Positions 61,466-64,000 of a stretch of DNA of 64,000 nt are shown here, piece after piece. The notes under the pieces were generated by a model, which saw nothing but the letters and a program-made list of their open reading frames with translations, ran no database searches and was not told where the DNA came from. The stretch spans positions 7,378,001 to 7,442,000 of the forward strand of contig NC_043018.1 in the NCBI RefSeq assembly GCF_006345805.1, in the 5' to 3' direction. This DNA is from Octopus sinensis (lineage: Eukaryota). The stretch's first letter is position 1. Each line of letters opens with the position of its first letter. Position numbers and translations under genes: made by a program.

Positions 61466-61523
61466 GGTCTGTCTGTCTGTCTGTCTTTCTGTCTATCTAT
61501 CTGTCTGTCTGTCTGTAAATCTA

Positions 61524-61559
<36 letters not shown>

Positions 61560-62019
61560 GCTAGCTAGCAATCTATCCATTTATCTGTTTATCTTGTTTC
61601 TGTCTCTGTCCCCCCCTTCTATACCTATCTGTCTGTGTGTGTATGGGTGTATGTGTGTGTATGGTTGTATGTGCGTGTTCGTGTATGTGCGTGTTCGTGT
61701 GTGTGTGTGTGTGTGTGTGTTTGTGTGTGTTTTAGTGTCTGTTCATCTATTAACCTATAAAGGCCTCGATCATCCTCCCAATGCACACCACCATCCAAAT
61801 ATCGATCTTCGGCATCTCCATCCCACACATTGAGGGCAAGTACATCCGACGGTGCACCAATATCGTGCAGGCTGGCTGCAGGAGGTGCAGTTCGAACTGT
61901 GAAAACGACTGTTAAGTGATCGAAATTATTGATTGATATTTTAATGGGTTCTCGATGAATGGGTGCTAGGGAGGGGGCAGTTTGTTTCTTACGTAGAATG
62001 TGAGAGAGACGGATATTGG

Positions 62020-62115
62020 ATACAGAGAGAGAGAGAGAGAGGGAGTGTGTGTGTAGGGAGGTGACGTAGAGAGAGAGACAGACAGACAGATAGACAGAGA
62101 GAGAGATAGATAGAT

Positions 62116-62152
<37 letters not shown>

Positions 62153-62206
62153 GAAATGGAGAGAGATAGATAGAGAGAGGACAGACAGAGAGACAGACAG
62201 ACAGAC

Positions 62207-62260
<54 letters not shown>

Positions 62261-63210
62261 TGAGAGAGAGATATATATAGAGAGAAATAGAGAGAGTAAT
62301 GGAGAGATAGAGATAGAGAGAGAGAGTGTGTAGGTAGATGACGTAGAGAGAGCGAGAGAGAGAGAGACAGACAGACAGAGAGATAAATAGAGAGAGAGAG
62401 AGATGGAGAGAGAGAGAGAAAGAAAGAGAGAGAGTGTGTAGGTAAATGACATAGAGAGAGAGAGCATTGGTTAGACAGAAAGTGCTTGTGGGGGATGGAA
62501 ATTGAAAGTAATTGTATTGATAGAGAGCGAAGAGAGAGAGAGAGAGAGAGTGTGTGTGTCTTCGAGTGAAAGGAAGGAAGGAGAGAGGGAAAGAGAAAGG
62601 GGGTATGTATAAGAGGAGAGAGAATGTAAAAGGGGGTCATATGAGGGGAGTAGAAAAAAAGTAGTTTGAGAATTAAAGAAGGAAAGATGCACAAATAAGG
62701 GATAAAAGAGAGAAAGAGAGAGAGAGAGAGAAAGAGAGAGAGAATGAGGGAGAGAGGGGTGAGAGGGGATAAGTGAAAGAGACGGAAGAAGGAATGAGGA
62801 GGCGAGAGTTGAGAAAGACAGAGAGAGAGGGAGAAAGAGAGAGGGTGAAAGAGAGAGGAAGAAAGAGAGAGTGGGAGAGGGAGAGCGTGAAGGGAGAGAG
62901 AGGGGGAGAGAGAGATGGGGAGAATGAGAGAAAGAGATATAATGAGAGAGAGAGAGTGGTGAGAGGATAAGTGAGAGAGACGGAAGAAGGAATCATAAGG
63001 CGAGAGTTGAGAAAGAGAGAGAGAGAGAGAGAGACAGAGGGAGAGAGGGAGAAAGACAGAGGGAGAAAGAGAGGGTGGGAGAAGGAGAGCGTGAAAGGAG
63101 AGAGAGAGTTAAAAGAAAATGACGCACATACGCATTGTACTGTTTACTGCCGCCATGATGGAAAGAAGAGAAGGAAGGAAGGAAGGAAGGAAGGAAGGAA
63201 GGAAGGTGTG
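62020..63210. repeat. purine-rich (GA)n/(GATA)n region with higher-order duplications
   Basis: GTGTGTAGG..TGAC.TAGAGAG recurs three times; GATAAGTGA.AGAGACGGAAGAAGGAAT recurs near 62768 and 62967. Confidence 0.85.
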
Positions 63211-63814
63211 TAGAATGTAGAGAGGCGGCTAGAAAGATGCGGGTGGACACAAGGGTAATTGTGGATGAAGGCCTAATGAGTACAATGTTTCTTTTCGTTA
63301 ATTAATTTATTGTTTATTTGTTTCGATAATTAGGTTATGGAGAGACGGGCAATGCCCATGGCCTCTCCGTAGGCCCTCCCAGTGCGGATTGATTGATCGT
63401 AGATCGATTGTTCAGTTTTGATCTTATGCAGATCAATATCTATTAAGGAAAACGCAGTGAAAGGAAGCGTGTGGTTTCGGCAGGTTAAGCTCATGTGGGG
63501 AGGAAGGATTTGTTAGGAGAGACAAAATGCCTTTGTTATTGCGGACTTGGAATAGCGGGGTCGAGGAGACAACAGATAGGAGATACATTCTTTATTCACA
63601 CCTCCTCATGTTACAATATTTACCGGTGAGTTGGCAGAGCGCCGGATAAAATGCCTTGCGGTATTCGCTCAAGTCCACTGTGCGCTAAGTTCATAATCTG
63701 CTAATATTGACTTCATCTTTCAAACTTATGTGGCGCCCCATAAAGTCCGGTACATCAAATCGATTCTTCTTTTTTGCCTCCTGCCTGTCTCTCTGTCTCC
63801 TCCTCTCTTTGAAC

Positions 63815-63893
<79 letters not shown>

Positions 63894-63905
63894 TGTGTGT
63901 GTGTA

Positions 63906-64000
63906 TACCGGAGTAAGCAGGTATATTATTGAATAACAAAGTGGAAAAAAGAGTACTCAAATACCAGATGTAGAGTAATATGCTTTATTTTAAAGCAGCA
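63906..64000 (+). mobile_element. second member of the 46764 Penelope-type family, truncated by the window end
   Basis: ACCGGAGTAAGCA...GTGGAAAAAAGAGTACTCAAATACCAGA.GTAGAGTAATATGCTTTATT matches 46764-46850. Confidence 0.8.

Overview
Eukaryotic, AT-rich, extremely repeat-dense genomic DNA that reads as intronic or intergenic sequence. The SINE families and microsatellite load look like a coleoid cephalopod (Octopus-like); this is pattern recognition, not a database result. No complete host gene is visible; one 108-nt minus-strand candidate exon (44044-44151) is noted. Almost all listed ORFs are microsatellite artefacts or transposon remnants. Supported content: (i) many tRNA-headed SINEs (working names A, B, C, G, H and a V-domain SINE), often nested and with clear TSDs; (ii) a frameshifted Penelope-like element (RT + GIY-YIG), a second GIY-YIG remnant and several non-coding Penelope-type fold-back or pLTR elements; (iii) about a dozen type I hammerhead-ribozyme-like motifs from several unrelated sequence families, three or four with intact cores and stems; (iv) 5'-truncated CR1-like, RTE-like and RLE (R4/Dong-like) LINE pieces; (v) mariner, Tigger/pogo, MITE, Helitron and Helentron-type DNA elements. 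The most interesting signals are the hammerhead/Penelope fold-back system, SINE-B multimers sharing one junction inside single TSD pairs, and a telomeric (TTAGGG)n tract inserted inside a SINE. There is a 100-N assembly gap at 56232-56331.
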